DNA of 63,201 nt from Minisyncoccota bacterium (GCA_028712595.1 JAQTPS010000002.1:1-63201), one strand, 5' to 3'. Numbered from the stretch's first letter, positions 20,409-30,184 are shown. Notes: generated from the letters alone by a model not told the origin. A program made the numbers and translations.

Positions 20409-21746
20409 TTACTCTGAAACGAGTTTTACGTAGATTTTTCCGGAATCGACTGGAAATGAGTTTTTCCATGGAGGAAACATACTCACATTTGCTCTTTCTA
20501 TGCTGTTTTGTTTAGAAATTATTTTTGTAAAATCTGTTTTATCCTTTCCGGCAAGATTGGCGCTTAGTTCCTCTGTATTAATTTCACCTACAAAAATAGC
20601 ATCTCCGGTAATGTGAAAACGGACTTTTGCAAGATCAGCAAGAACCACATCGTCCACTTTGTCTACAAAAGTAAATGAAAGATTTTTAAGATTTGAAATT
20701 GAGAGCGTAGAGCCTGTGTATTTTGGGAGAGCATTCTCCGCTATCTTTTTTGTTAGAACTGCTGTATCAAAAAAGAAAACTGATGCTGTGGCGCTTATTA
20801 TTATCTTCTCGTTTTCTCCCACAACAAGTTCTTCGGGCTTTTCTTCAAATTTCAAGACAACACTGCCCGGGAAAAAAGAAAAGTCTTTAGGTATTTGGGC
20901 GGAGGCCTTTTCGAGAATGGTTTTTTTTAATTCTTCTTTGATGTCGTTTTTAGCTTTTAGGGTGTCTTCAGGAGAAGGAACTTCCATAGTTCCAGAAAAA
21001 CCCCCGGAAAGCGGAGCTTCCACATTGGAGCGCGCGGTAAATTTCAAATATTTCGGGTCACCCTTGAATCCCGGAATTACAAAATCAGAGAGACCGATGT
21101 TGTACTCCTTGCCAGGCGCATCAGCATAAATAGATACCACAACACTGCCTGGTTGCGTAACTTTGCCTCCGACTATCTTTGCGCCCGGCACAACCACCGA
21201 GTCGTTGATTCTAAAAATCTTATGGTCGGGTGATTCTAGTCGCGTATTTTTTATTAAACGTTGAGATGCTTCACTATAAAAATTGTAAATCGTTGCTTTG
21301 CCGGAAGCTTTTTTCTGTATGTTCTGCTCCACGGTTCCTTTTACCTCTTTTGTGCCCTCTTCACTTAAACTCATAAACTGAAGCGCAAGGTCACCGGAAA
21401 CCGTTGTACCTTTTGTTGCCGTGAAGTCACTGTCAAGGTGGGCGCTTTGAGTAACCGGGACAATGCTAATAGTTGCAGAAGAAAAATGATCGATTGCTAA
21501 AAAACCAAGCGCCAAAAGAACCAAGATCCCTGCCACCAACAAGAGTAGCTTTGGTCGAAACGGCTGACGAGGATTTTCTTCTATTAAGTGAGTTTTCTCG
21601 CGACGTTCTGTTTTTAAAAATGGGTTTTCTTCTATACGATGCGTTGGTTTGATTTCTGGAACAAATCGAAATTCCTCTGCTCGCAATGGAGTTGGTTTTC
21701 GTTTGATATCACTTATTGGTTTTTGTTTAATTCCATCAATCATCAT
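20409..21746 (-). CDS. hypothetical bitopic membrane protein (445 aa): basic cytoplasmic N-terminus, one TM, large extracytoplasmic domain
   Basis: TM segment LLLLVAGILVLLALGFLAI; repeated H(R/L)IEENP motif in the N-terminus; no recognisable domain. Confidence 0.55.
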   Translation of the reverse strand: MMIDGIKQKPISDIKRKPTPLRAEEFRFVPEIKPTHRIEENPFLKTERREKTHLIEENPRQPFRPKLLLLVAGILVLLALGFLAIDHFSSATISIVPVTQSAHLDSDFTATKGTTVSGDLALQFMSLSEEGTKEVKGTVEQNIQKKASGKATIYNFYSEASQRLIKNTRLESPDHKIFRINDSVVVPGAKIVGGKVTQPGSVVVSIYADAPGKEYNIGLSDFVIPGFKGDPKYLKFTARSNVEAPLSGGFSGTMEVPSPEDTLKAKNDIKEELKKTILEKASAQIPKDFSFFPGSVVLKFEEKPEELVVGENEKIIISATASVFFFDTAVLTKKIAENALPKYTGSTLSISNLKNLSFTFVDKVDDVVLADLAKVRFHITGDAIFVGEINTEELSANLAGKDKTDFTKIISKQNSIERANVSMFPPWKNSFPVDSGKIYVKLVSE

Positions 21747-21780
21747 TGTATTTTTTGTTCAAAATCTTTAAATCCGACCT

Positions 21781-22965
21781 TTAAATCAGAATTTGTGGTA
21801 AAAGTTTCTTGGCAAAAAGAGCTTCAATTATTAAAAACGGGTCTCGTTTAACCTCGGTCTCAAAAAACACAAAATCTGAAACTATAAACTGATCAAAATA
21901 TCGCGCCTGTAAAACAGCACCATTTGGCAAAAGCTCTGATTCGTAAGCCTTTACCATCCCTGCAAACAACTCTGAAATGTCAGAATCACTCGTAAAAAAG
22001 ACCATCTTCGGGAGCGAGCCTTTCTGGGAAAGAGTTGCAAGGGCTTTTTCAAAAAAAATGGTCCACTCATTTTTACTTTGCTCCACAATCTTTTGAACCC
22101 GCATATCACTCTCTTTGTCTAGTTTATCATGAATAAACATTCCAAAAAGTGTTATGGCTTCTTCGTTTGAGGTATTCAATCCGCTTGAAATTTCACGTAT
22201 AAAAAAGTTTTTGCCTCTTGGAAAAGAGATATTTCCTAAAAGAATATCGTTGTTCACAATTGATACTTCGGTGGTTTCGCCGGTTATATCCATAAAGAGA
22301 AAATCCCGATTCAGAGGAAAGATATCACGAATGGCGCTGAATGTTGCCACAGGAAACGAACCAAAATGAACGGAAGAAACCGGAAAGACGTGGTGTACGT
22401 AGCGCTCAATGCTTTGGAGTATCCGTCTCGAGGAAACTGCCACGCTTGCTACAAGCTCCATCTTTTTAGTTATTTTACCAAGCGGGTCTTTGATTTCGTG
22501 CCCGTTTAGCTTAACTTGAATAATCTTTTTTTCTATGATTTCAATATCTTCTGGCGGAATATCTTTGAACTCCCCCTTTAGTTGCTCAATATCTTTGCTA
22601 AAGAAATCATTGAGCATACTTTCGGTAATCTCAAACGGTTTTTCTTCTGAAATTAATATTGGTCTAATTTTTAAAATAAACCAAGGGGAAGAAAGAGTGC
22701 AAAAAATATGGGCCGGGATCGATGGTGTTTTTGTTTGGATTTTTCCCAAAACATTCTCGAGAGCATGGTTCATTGAAATCAAAAATCGCGAAGAAGAGAG
22801 TTTCTCTTGAAATGAAATGTCTTCTCTCTCTGTTGTTAAAATATGAACAGGTTTTTCTCTTTCAATTCTTACTAGAGAAGCGCCCACGCTCGAAGAGCCG
22901 ACGTCAATTAGAAGAGAGAGTCCTTCATCTTGTCTTTGTTTAGTAAAAAAAGAAAATAACCCCAT
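21781..22965 (-). CDS. divergent actin-like ATPase superfamily protein (FtsA/PilM-like)
   Basis: LLIDVGSSSVGASLV (phosphate-1-like) and FLFMDITGETTEVSIV (phosphate-2-like). The assignment is tentative. Confidence 0.45.
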   Translation of the reverse strand: MGLFSFFTKQRQDEGLSLLIDVGSSSVGASLVRIEREKPVHILTTEREDISFQEKLSSSRFLISMNHALENVLGKIQTKTPSIPAHIFCTLSSPWFILKIRPILISEEKPFEITESMLNDFFSKDIEQLKGEFKDIPPEDIEIIEKKIIQVKLNGHEIKDPLGKITKKMELVASVAVSSRRILQSIERYVHHVFPVSSVHFGSFPVATFSAIRDIFPLNRDFLFMDITGETTEVSIVNNDILLGNISFPRGKNFFIREISSGLNTSNEEAITLFGMFIHDKLDKESDMRVQKIVEQSKNEWTIFFEKALATLSQKGSLPKMVFFTSDSDISELFAGMVKAYESELLPNGAVLQARYFDQFIVSDFVFFETEVKRDPFLIIEALFAKKLLPQILI

Positions 22966-23013
22966 GTTAATAGTATAACATGGGGCTATTTACCTTCAAT
23001 GCAAAAACGTTAA

Positions 23014-23373
23014 TTAAAATAGTTTACTGCCGATTTTTGCTTCTACAAGCGGTGTAATAATAGTGGCTTCCCCACTATCTTTTTTGGGATATTGAACGCC
23101 CAGACAAAGAAACTCTGAAATTGTTGTCCCGATCTTTCGAGAACCAAAATTTAGCACCCCAAGGATAAGTTTACCTTTCAATTCTTCCATAGCATGTGTC
23201 GTAAATCGCCCAACAGAAGTTTTTATGCCAAACTTTCCAAAATCAGCTCGTATAACATAAGCCGGCTTCGGCGCCTCCGGAGCGGGCTCAATAGAAATTA
23301 TTTTTCCAAGACGAATTTCTAGTTTATCAAACGTGTCTTCTTTTGAAATAACAGATTTTATTTCGTCAGACAT
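23014..23373 (-). CDS. stand-alone tRNA-binding domain protein (CsaA/Trbp111/EMAP-like OB fold)
   Basis: ORF 23014..23418, ATG at 23373. LEIRLGKIISIEPAPEAPKPAYVIRADFGKFGIKTSVGRFT...LILGVLNF. Confidence 0.8.
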   Translation of the reverse strand: MSDEIKSVISKEDTFDKLEIRLGKIISIEPAPEAPKPAYVIRADFGKFGIKTSVGRFTTHAMEELKGKLILGVLNFGSRKIGTTISEFLCLGVQYPKKDSGEATIITPLVEAKIGSKLF

Positions 23374-23377
23374 ATTT

Positions 23378-25276
23378 TTACGATAGAACGGCCTTGATGC
23401 GTCGTATGCCTTGAGCAACCGCTTCTTCTTTTAGTATTTTGAAGTGTCCGAGCTCGCTTGTATTTTTTACGTGAGGACCACCACAAAATTCCATCGAATA
23501 TGCTTTTTCGTATTGAGGATCTTGCTCCGTTGCCTCTTTAGGGCCAACAGAATAAATGGAAACTCGGTCGGGATATTTCTGCCCAAACTCGTGTTCAGCG
23601 CCAAGCTTCTCGGCTTTTTCTTTTTCTAGCTCCGAACGAACTACCGGAAGCGCTTCTTTTATTTTTTCATTCACAATTTTCTCTACTTCTTTCTTCTGTT
23701 CATCTGTCATTTTTGCTCCATGCAAAAAATCTATTCGTAAACGCTCTTCCGTAATATTTGAACCTCGCTGTTTGACTTCCGGTCCAAGCACAATCTGAAG
23801 CGCCTTGAGCAAAAGGTGGTGAGCGGTGTGTAGGCGAGTTGTTTTTTCTGAAGTATCGGCAAGACCGCCTTTGAATTTTTGTTCTGAACCGGCGCGAGAT
23901 AACTCACGATGCGCTTTATTTAACTTTTCAAAGCCCTTTATGTCAACTGTTTTGATATTTCTAGCGCTCGCTTCTTCTTTTATGAGCTCAATTGGGAAAC
24001 CATAGGTCGTAACTAGCTGAAAAGCATCTTCGGCAGAAATAGAACCGTCTTTTGCGAGGCGCTCAAACTCACGAATGCCTCGAGAAAGCGTCTTACGGAA
24101 ACGATTTTCCTCTTCTGCAATAGTTTTTGTAATATTTTCTAATTGAGCATTAATCTCGGGGTATGAATCCTTATACATTTGCGCAACCGGCAGAACAACC
24201 TCCGAAAGAGTGCTTTTTGTAATGCCGAGCACATCAGCATAACGAACCGCGCGCCTCAAAAGTCGTCTCACGAAATAACCTTGTTCTGTATTCCCAGGAC
24301 GCACGCCATCAGAGATAAGAAACACTCCAGCTTTTATGTGATCCGCTATTATTCTAAATGCTTTAGTTTCCTCGGGATTTTTTCCATATTTTTTCCCTGA
24401 AGCTTTTTCTAGATGAGTAAGTACCGGATGATGACACACGGCAATAATGTCGGGGCTCTTTGTAGACGCCATCACTAAACGTTCGAGACCGCCACCAAAG
24501 TCAACGTTTTGTTTCGGTAAAAGCGCAAAAGTCCCATCATCCTGTTTTTGATATTGCATAAAAACGGAGTTACATACCTCGAGAAAGCGTCCGCAGTCGC
24601 AGTTCGGATGACACTTAGGACCAAATTTCGTATCGTGCGGAGTGCCAAAATCAAAAAATACTTCAGAGTCAGGTCCGCCCGGTTCTCCTGCTGGCATTTT
24701 TTCTGGTTTTCCAGCGCGGCTCCACCAATTTTTCTTTGCATCGTAATAAAAAATGCGTTCGCCGGCTTTTATTCCCTTTTTGTAACCGTCTTCTTCAGAA
24801 CCAATCTCAGATTCTTTTGCGTCTATTCCCTTTTCCTTAAATAATTTTTTCCAAAGCTCTACGGATTCAGTATCGCGAGGCAAATTATTTTTTTCATCTC
24901 CCATAAACGCAGTCACGTAAAGATTTTTTGGGTCAAGTCCAATTTCTTCCGTCAAAAATTTAAAACACCACGATAATTGGTCTTTTTTGAAGTAGTCACC
25001 AAGCGACCAATTTCCAAGCATCTCAAAAAATGTCGTGTGGCGGTTGTCTCCTATTTCTTCTATGTCTTCTGCGCGAAAAGCTTTTTGAGAATCAGCAATG
25101 CGAGCGCCCTCTGGGTGATCTTTCCCCAACAGGTACGGCACCATCGGTTGCATACCGGAACCAGTAAAAAGCGTGGTTGGGTCATTTTGCGGAACGAGCG
25201 AGGCAGATGGAATTATCGCGTGCCCTCTGTCTTTGTAAAATTTCAGATACTTATTTCTTATCTCATTTATATCCAT
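23378..25276 (-). CDS. alaS: alanyl-tRNA synthetase, short form (catalytic + tRNA-recognition + editing domains, no C-Ala domain)
   Basis: 632 aa. FTGSGMQP, WSLGDYFK, editing-domain HxxxH (TAHHLLLKALQ) and CGGPHV. The protein ends right after the editing domain. Confidence 0.93.
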   Translation of the reverse strand: MDINEIRNKYLKFYKDRGHAIIPSASLVPQNDPTTLFTGSGMQPMVPYLLGKDHPEGARIADSQKAFRAEDIEEIGDNRHTTFFEMLGNWSLGDYFKKDQLSWCFKFLTEEIGLDPKNLYVTAFMGDEKNNLPRDTESVELWKKLFKEKGIDAKESEIGSEEDGYKKGIKAGERIFYYDAKKNWWSRAGKPEKMPAGEPGGPDSEVFFDFGTPHDTKFGPKCHPNCDCGRFLEVCNSVFMQYQKQDDGTFALLPKQNVDFGGGLERLVMASTKSPDIIAVCHHPVLTHLEKASGKKYGKNPEETKAFRIIADHIKAGVFLISDGVRPGNTEQGYFVRRLLRRAVRYADVLGITKSTLSEVVLPVAQMYKDSYPEINAQLENITKTIAEEENRFRKTLSRGIREFERLAKDGSISAEDAFQLVTTYGFPIELIKEEASARNIKTVDIKGFEKLNKAHRELSRAGSEQKFKGGLADTSEKTTRLHTAHHLLLKALQIVLGPEVKQRGSNITEERLRIDFLHGAKMTDEQKKEVEKIVNEKIKEALPVVRSELEKEKAEKLGAEHEFGQKYPDRVSIYSVGPKEATEQDPQYEKAYSMEFCGGPHVKNTSELGHFKILKEEAVAQGIRRIKAVLS

Positions 25277-25346
25277 ATAGTAAAGATAGTATCAGAAATA
25301 TCGCTTTGAGCAATATCAGGGCCTCCGGAAAGAATTGGGAAAAACG

Positions 25347-25838
25347 CTATTCTTCTTTCGTGGTAGCTTCGAGATGAGCAAGAGCTTTCACTCTGTTCTC
25401 AAGATGCCAAAGCACTGTAAATACAAAAATTGCAAAAAGTGTCGCAACAACAGCGAGGGTATATAGTCCATAACCAATCGCCATACCAATACCAGCTGAA
25501 ACCCATATCGAAGCGGCGGTTGTGACACCACTTATACTGTCACCTTTTATAAAAATCAACCCCGCGCCGAGGAAACCGATGCCCGTTATAATTTGTCCGG
25601 CGAAGTGGAGAGATTGGATATTTGCATCACTGCCTAAAACTCCTCCGCCACCCGCAATAACTCCGATAATCACAAATAGCGCCGAACCCATCGTGACAAG
25701 GCCATAAGTTCTCATCCCCGCAGTTTTTCCAATAATAGCGCGTTCGATACCGAGAGACATTCCGAGGCAAAGTGCGGTAAAAAGTTTTAAATAAATCTCG
25801 ATGTTCGGATCGCTAAAAAATGTTGTGATGATTTCCAT
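25347..25838 (-). CDS. MgtC/SapB family membrane protein
   Basis: LGIERAIIGKTAGMRTYGLVTMGSALF. Confidence 0.8.
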   Translation of the reverse strand: MEIITTFFSDPNIEIYLKLFTALCLGMSLGIERAIIGKTAGMRTYGLVTMGSALFVIIGVIAGGGGVLGSDANIQSLHFAGQIITGIGFLGAGLIFIKGDSISGVTTAASIWVSAGIGMAIGYGLYTLAVVATLFAIFVFTVLWHLENRVKALAHLEATTKEE

Positions 25839-25870
25839 AAATTAATTCTATCAAAATATTTATAAAACGG

Positions 25871-26728
25871 CTAATTGAACTCTTGACACACCATATCTAT
25901 TTCAGAAGCAATACTTTTTATTCTCTCTCCTGAAAAACCAAGTGTTCTTAAAAGAGAATCATTTTTCTTGAGATCGTGACACATCACCATTCCGCGCGCG
26001 AGCAAATCGGCTTTTTCTTTCGTTGTAAGAGTGGTGAGGAATGTAAGTGGATGCACTCCTGTCTCCAAAATAAGGTCATGAAGGTGGCCTTTCTCCGGAT
26101 AATTCCACCCGATGAGTGTAAGTCCAGCGCAGTTTGCGTATTGAATCGCATCGGCTGTGAGTTTTGTATTTGTAACAAGCCAACCCTCGTGAATTTTTGG
26201 AGAATCAATCTCGTTTAGGTCGTGTCCTTTTGTAAGGTCAAGAAAACGAGCGTGCACGTATAGGGCAACCTTTATATCAACCTTAGCTCCCGGCTGGTTT
26301 CTAAATTTGCATTCAACAAAAACATGTTTGTTGTCTTTTTCCATTAGTATGTCAACTTCGTGCGAAACACAAAATCCCTTTAGCATAACTCCCGTTCGCG
26401 CTGCATAACCTTTGCGACGAAGAATCTCCGCAACATACTTCTCAAAAGGAAAACCGCTCGGCCCAAGCTCCATAACTGCCCTGCGAAGCGAATAACGAAT
26501 TGCAACAGGATATTTTGTCTTCTTTAGCAGAGAAAAAGCGTGTTTATATATTGCAGAAGTCCTCATTCCGTTTTTTATCTCCGGGGTAATATCTGAAACC
26601 ACCATTTCTACGGTTGCAGTATCGGCCCCAGAACGCAAAAGAGAACGACGCAGTTTCTCGAAAGAAAAAGGCTCGCGCTCCCCAGAATTTTTTATAACCC
26701 AAGTTGTATTTACTCCTTGTTTTTTCAT
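25871..26728 (-). CDS. ATP-cone domain fused to a PD-(D/E)xK (Mrr-like) restriction-endonuclease-fold domain
   Basis: N-terminus VIKNSGEREPFSFEKLRRSLLRSGA (ATP-cone). Middle EVDILMEKDNKHVFVECKF (D...ExK nuclease core). Confidence 0.68.
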   Translation of the reverse strand: MKKQGVNTTWVIKNSGEREPFSFEKLRRSLLRSGADTATVEMVVSDITPEIKNGMRTSAIYKHAFSLLKKTKYPVAIRYSLRRAVMELGPSGFPFEKYVAEILRRKGYAARTGVMLKGFCVSHEVDILMEKDNKHVFVECKFRNQPGAKVDIKVALYVHARFLDLTKGHDLNEIDSPKIHEGWLVTNTKLTADAIQYANCAGLTLIGWNYPEKGHLHDLILETGVHPLTFLTTLTTKEKADLLARGMVMCHDLKKNDSLLRTLGFSGERIKSIASEIDMVCQEFN

Positions 26729-26792
26729 ACTTAATCATATCATCTCATATTTTGGAGAAATATGAAATGAACGATTTAGGCGTGGAATACCC

Positions 26793-27887
26793 TTATATAT
26801 CCTCAACAATACCGCCACCAAGACATAAAAGACCATCGTATACGACGGCGGATTGCCCCAAAGCCACTACAGCAGGTTTTTTAAGGCGAAGAAGAAGTTT
26901 TTCCCCGGCCAATTGCCCGAGAGTGCATTCGTAAGGTTCACCATGATATCTAACAGCCACATTATATTTCTTTTTCGTGTCAGGATTAATTCCGGTACAA
27001 AAATTCACATCGCTTAAAGTTATTTCCTTGGTGGCGCATTCTAGTGGGTTTTTTGAAACTGCGCTAGCAACCGTGAGAGTATTCTTCAAGATATCTTTTG
27101 CAATAACATAATAAGGCGAATCGTTTGTTTCTTTTTTTGTGATTGTAAACCCGTGTCGCTCGCCGAGAGTGTAAAACCAGGCACCGTGATGCGTGCCTAT
27201 CACTTCGCTCTCCTCATTCAAAACGGCGCCTTCTTTTTCTTTTATAAAATGAGCGAGAAAATCTTTCATCTCAAGTTTCCCTACAAAACAAAGGCCCTGA
27301 CTGTCTTTTTTGGTCGCTGTGGGTAAGCCAAATTTTTTTGCAAGCTTGCGTACTTCGGATTTCTTAAATTTGCCTACAGGAAACAAGGTTTTTGACAGTT
27401 CTTTTTGCCCAAGCGTCCACAAAAAATATGACTGGTCTTTTGTTTCGTCTATACTGGCAAACATTTCATACAATCCAGTTTTTTTGTTTTTTCTAACCTC
27501 TGCATAATGTCCCGTAGCAACAAAATTCGCGCCCTCTTTTATTGCGCGCCTGAAAAATGCTCCAAATTTTATTTCTTTATTGCACATCACGTCTGGGTTT
27601 GGAGTTCTTCCTGCTTTGTATTCAGAAATCATATAGTCGGCTACTTTTTCTTTGTACTCGCGTTCAAAATCCCAAGTGAGAAGTGGTATTCCAAGATGAG
27701 CAGAAACACGCATAGCATCGAGACGTTCTTCTCTCCAAGTACACGGCAAAAACGAGGGGTGCCATACCTTCATAAAAACCCCGGTGACGTCATATCCTTG
27801 CCTTTGCAAAAGAGTTGCGGTAACAGAGCTATCAACCCCGCCAGACATTGCCACAAATACTTTTCCTTTTGTTTTTTTGAATGCCAT
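26793..27887 (-). CDS. mnmA: tRNA 2-thiouridine(34) synthase MnmA
   Basis: VFVAMSGGVDSSV PP-loop, and ...TGHYA.... ATG at 27887 (the ORF-track start 27926 is a TTG). Confidence 0.92.
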   Translation of the reverse strand: MAFKKTKGKVFVAMSGGVDSSVTATLLQRQGYDVTGVFMKVWHPSFLPCTWREERLDAMRVSAHLGIPLLTWDFEREYKEKVADYMISEYKAGRTPNPDVMCNKEIKFGAFFRRAIKEGANFVATGHYAEVRKNKKTGLYEMFASIDETKDQSYFLWTLGQKELSKTLFPVGKFKKSEVRKLAKKFGLPTATKKDSQGLCFVGKLEMKDFLAHFIKEKEGAVLNEESEVIGTHHGAWFYTLGERHGFTITKKETNDSPYYVIAKDILKNTLTVASAVSKNPLECATKEITLSDVNFCTGINPDTKKKYNVAVRYHGEPYECTLGQLAGEKLLLRLKKPAVVALGQSAVVYDGLLCLGGGIVEDI

Positions 27888-27929
27888 AGGAGATTCTGGT
27901 ATACCAAGAAAATTGAGTGGCGTCAAAGC

Positions 27930-28952
27930 TTAACGCAAATATTTTGCTTTGTTTTCTTTGTGTTCTTCAAAAGTTTTTGCGTAGTGCATTACGCCGTTTT
28001 TATCCGAAAGATAATAGAGAAATGCGGTTTTTTGAGGGAAGATTGCAGAACGTATTGCTCCTAACCCTGGATTGCCTATTGGGCCTTCCGGAAGACCACG
28101 ATTAATGTATGTGTTGTAGGCTGATTTTATTTTTAGGTCCGCCAAAGTGAGTTCGTTCGATTCTTTTCCCAAAAGATAATAAAAAGGAGCGTCAACTTGA
28201 AGTGGCATAAGGTTGTCTATTCTTTTCCATAAAATTCCAGAAACAATTGCTTGATCCTCTGGTGTTTTTGCTTCTTTTTCTAAAATTGAGGCCATAATTA
28301 TGATGTCGCGGAGCGAGTGGCCAGATTCTTTTATCTCGCCCAGAAGCGGTTCTATTTTTGTTTGAAAATTGTCAGTGAATATTTTTTCTACATCTTGCAC
28401 ACTGGCGCGACTGGAAAACAAATATGTGTCGGGGAATAAATAACCTTCATGTGGAGCTAAATCTTTTAGAAAAAGAGACGCGTCGAACCCCGGCAAAGAT
28501 TCTGCGAGGATTACAGATATGCCTTTGTTTGAAGTGCCTTCTGGAATAGTGACTTTGGCCGACGGAATTCCGGAAATTCCATGAATAGTGCGCCAGGCAA
28601 TTGTGCATACAGAAGCTGGCTTTTGGAAAAGGTATTCTCCGGCCATTACGCCCTTCCCAACCCCAAGAGAAACCATGCAAAAGTCAAAAGCTATCTCTGA
28701 TTTAATGATGTGCTCGTTCTGTAGGAGTGTGGAGATTTCTTTGAGCGACTCCCCTTTTGGTATAGTGATCAGTTTCTCTTTCGGGAAATCAGATGGTGGC
28801 GCAAAAAAAATGAGGGAAAGAAGCCAAAGAAATACTACTACTCCGATCACAACGATTAAAACAGTTTTTGAAAAACGGGGTTTAATTTTGGAAAAATAAA
28901 ATTCTAATATTTTTGTTTTTATCTTCTGTATTTTTGAAGGTATTTGTTCCAT
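27930..28952 (-). CDS. mltG: endolytic murein transglycosylase MltG (YceG-like), paralog 1
   Basis: N-terminal TM segment; SILEKEAK...LQVDAPFYY...YNTYINRGLPEGPIGNPG. Confidence 0.87.
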   Translation of the reverse strand: MEQIPSKIQKIKTKILEFYFSKIKPRFSKTVLIVVIGVVVFLWLLSLIFFAPPSDFPKEKLITIPKGESLKEISTLLQNEHIIKSEIAFDFCMVSLGVGKGVMAGEYLFQKPASVCTIAWRTIHGISGIPSAKVTIPEGTSNKGISVILAESLPGFDASLFLKDLAPHEGYLFPDTYLFSSRASVQDVEKIFTDNFQTKIEPLLGEIKESGHSLRDIIIMASILEKEAKTPEDQAIVSGILWKRIDNLMPLQVDAPFYYLLGKESNELTLADLKIKSAYNTYINRGLPEGPIGNPGLGAIRSAIFPQKTAFLYYLSDKNGVMHYAKTFEEHKENKAKYLR

Positions 28953-28985
28953 GTTTTCGTATTATACCTCACAGTGCCCGATAAT

Positions 28986-29014
28986 AGAAAAACCCGTTCT
29001 TGCGAGCGGGTTTT
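28986..29014 (-). terminator. hairpin terminator after the 94-aa gene
   Basis: aacccg...cgggtt stem around a GCAA-type loop, followed on the minus strand by a T-run. Confidence 0.45.
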
Positions 29015-29029
29015 CGGGGGTGGCATTTA

Positions 29030-29314
29030 TTAGCCATGCGCAGATAGTGATCCATCTTCACGAAATTTTTGTTCACATTCTGAACAAAATACATTTCCTT
29101 CTGCATCACAACTCATTGTGTCGTTGATGTGACGACACACATTTTCGTCTTCATCCAGATATTCTTTGCCATCCGCGATAGGAACAAACACTTTAGCGCA
29201 ATGGACACAGAATGTCTTTCCTCCTGGAACACGATATATTTCGTGGGTTCCCAATGTGTGTTTAGGACATCGCGTGTCGATTTTCGGTTCAGGGAAAGTA
29301 GCTAATATACTCAT
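29030..29314 (-). CDS. small Cys/His-rich (zinc-ribbon-like) protein, 94 aa
   Basis: Paired Cys/His clusters: CPKH, CVHC, CRH...C, CSEC. Confidence 0.5.
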   Translation of the reverse strand: MSILATFPEPKIDTRCPKHTLGTHEIYRVPGGKTFCVHCAKVFVPIADGKEYLDEDENVCRHINDTMSCDAEGNVFCSECEQKFREDGSLSAHG

Positions 29315-29390
29315 AAAAAATTTATGAGAAAGAGATAAAGATCAAGCCTGTCCTTGAGTAGGGTCTCACATTCACTTCTCTTTGTCAAAC

Positions 29391-29417
29391 AAAAAAACCC
29401 GGGTCAGCGGACCCGGG
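29391..29417 (-). terminator. rho-independent terminator
   Basis: Perfect 8-bp GC stem cccgggtc/gacccggg (29398-29417), followed on the minus strand by T7. Confidence 0.65.
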
Positions 29418-29447
29418 CATGTAGTGTGTAAACTAAAAAAAATCTCT

Positions 29448-29669
29448 TCAGAAACCCGTAGGAATGCGAGGGTCAAAGGTACTGCGGGGCTTTTTCTTAA
29501 AAGGCGATAAAATTCTGTTTTCTTTTCTCCACGAGCTTTGATCCCAAAGTGTCTCCTCGTATTCTCTCATCCTCTTTTTTTCTTCTTCGGTCAAACAGGT
29601 GGATGGGTGTTCCGCTATTTCAAGTTTATCCCGAAGAGCTTGGTATTCTTGGTCGGTTAATAAAACCAT
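29448..29669 (-). CDS. hypothetical small protein (73 aa from ATG 29669)
   Basis: ORF 29448..29705 with its own terminator. Charged, helical-looking sequence. Confidence 0.4.
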   Translation of the reverse strand: MVLLTDQEYQALRDKLEIAEHPSTCLTEEEKKRMREYEETLWDQSSWRKENRILSPFKKKPRSTFDPRIPTGF

Positions 29670-29771
29670 AGAGGGGTGTGGAAAAATGTAAAACGAGACT
29701 ACCAAAAAACTGTTCTAGATGAGAACATAACATACGATACTATCTTTGTCAAATTTGTTTGGGTAAAATTA

Positions 29772-29806
29772 AAAGAGCCAAAACTTGTGATAAGTTTTGG
29801 CTCTTT
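29772..29806 (-). terminator. long perfect hairpin (14-bp stem), bidirectional terminator-like
   Basis: aaagagccaaaact / agttttggctcttt. Confidence 0.55.
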
Positions 29807-29822
29807 ATTTGGGACGATTATG

Positions 29823-30011
29823 CTAACCTTTCTCTTTTACCCTTTCAACTAGCCTGCTCAACGAATCGGAGGCGTCAACACAATTACCGTCCTCGTCGCG
29901 CGCCACAAACTTGTGGTCGCCAAGCAGAACCCCAAGGGGGCTAGGATCCGCCTTTTCGATACCATATTTATGATTATCTGTATAGACGGTGTCAACAACC
30001 TTGTTAGCCAT
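29823..30011 (-). CDS. hypothetical small protein (62 aa)
   Basis: ATG-initiated ORF, followed by the hairpin above. Confidence 0.4.
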   Translation of the reverse strand: MANKVVDTVYTDNHKYGIEKADPSPLGVLLGDHKFVARDEDGNCVDASDSLSRLVERVKEKG

Positions 30012-30184
30012 ATAGATATGGGGGAAAAATACAAAAACAATAGTACTCTGCCTTGGCCGATGTTGTAAAGATCAAGTTCTCTGCATAGGGCAAAGGTGGA
30101 GAAATGAATAATAGTTTCTATCTGAAACTAAACTATACAGTAACAAATGAACTTGTCAATGGTTACCCAATGGAAAAACATTGG

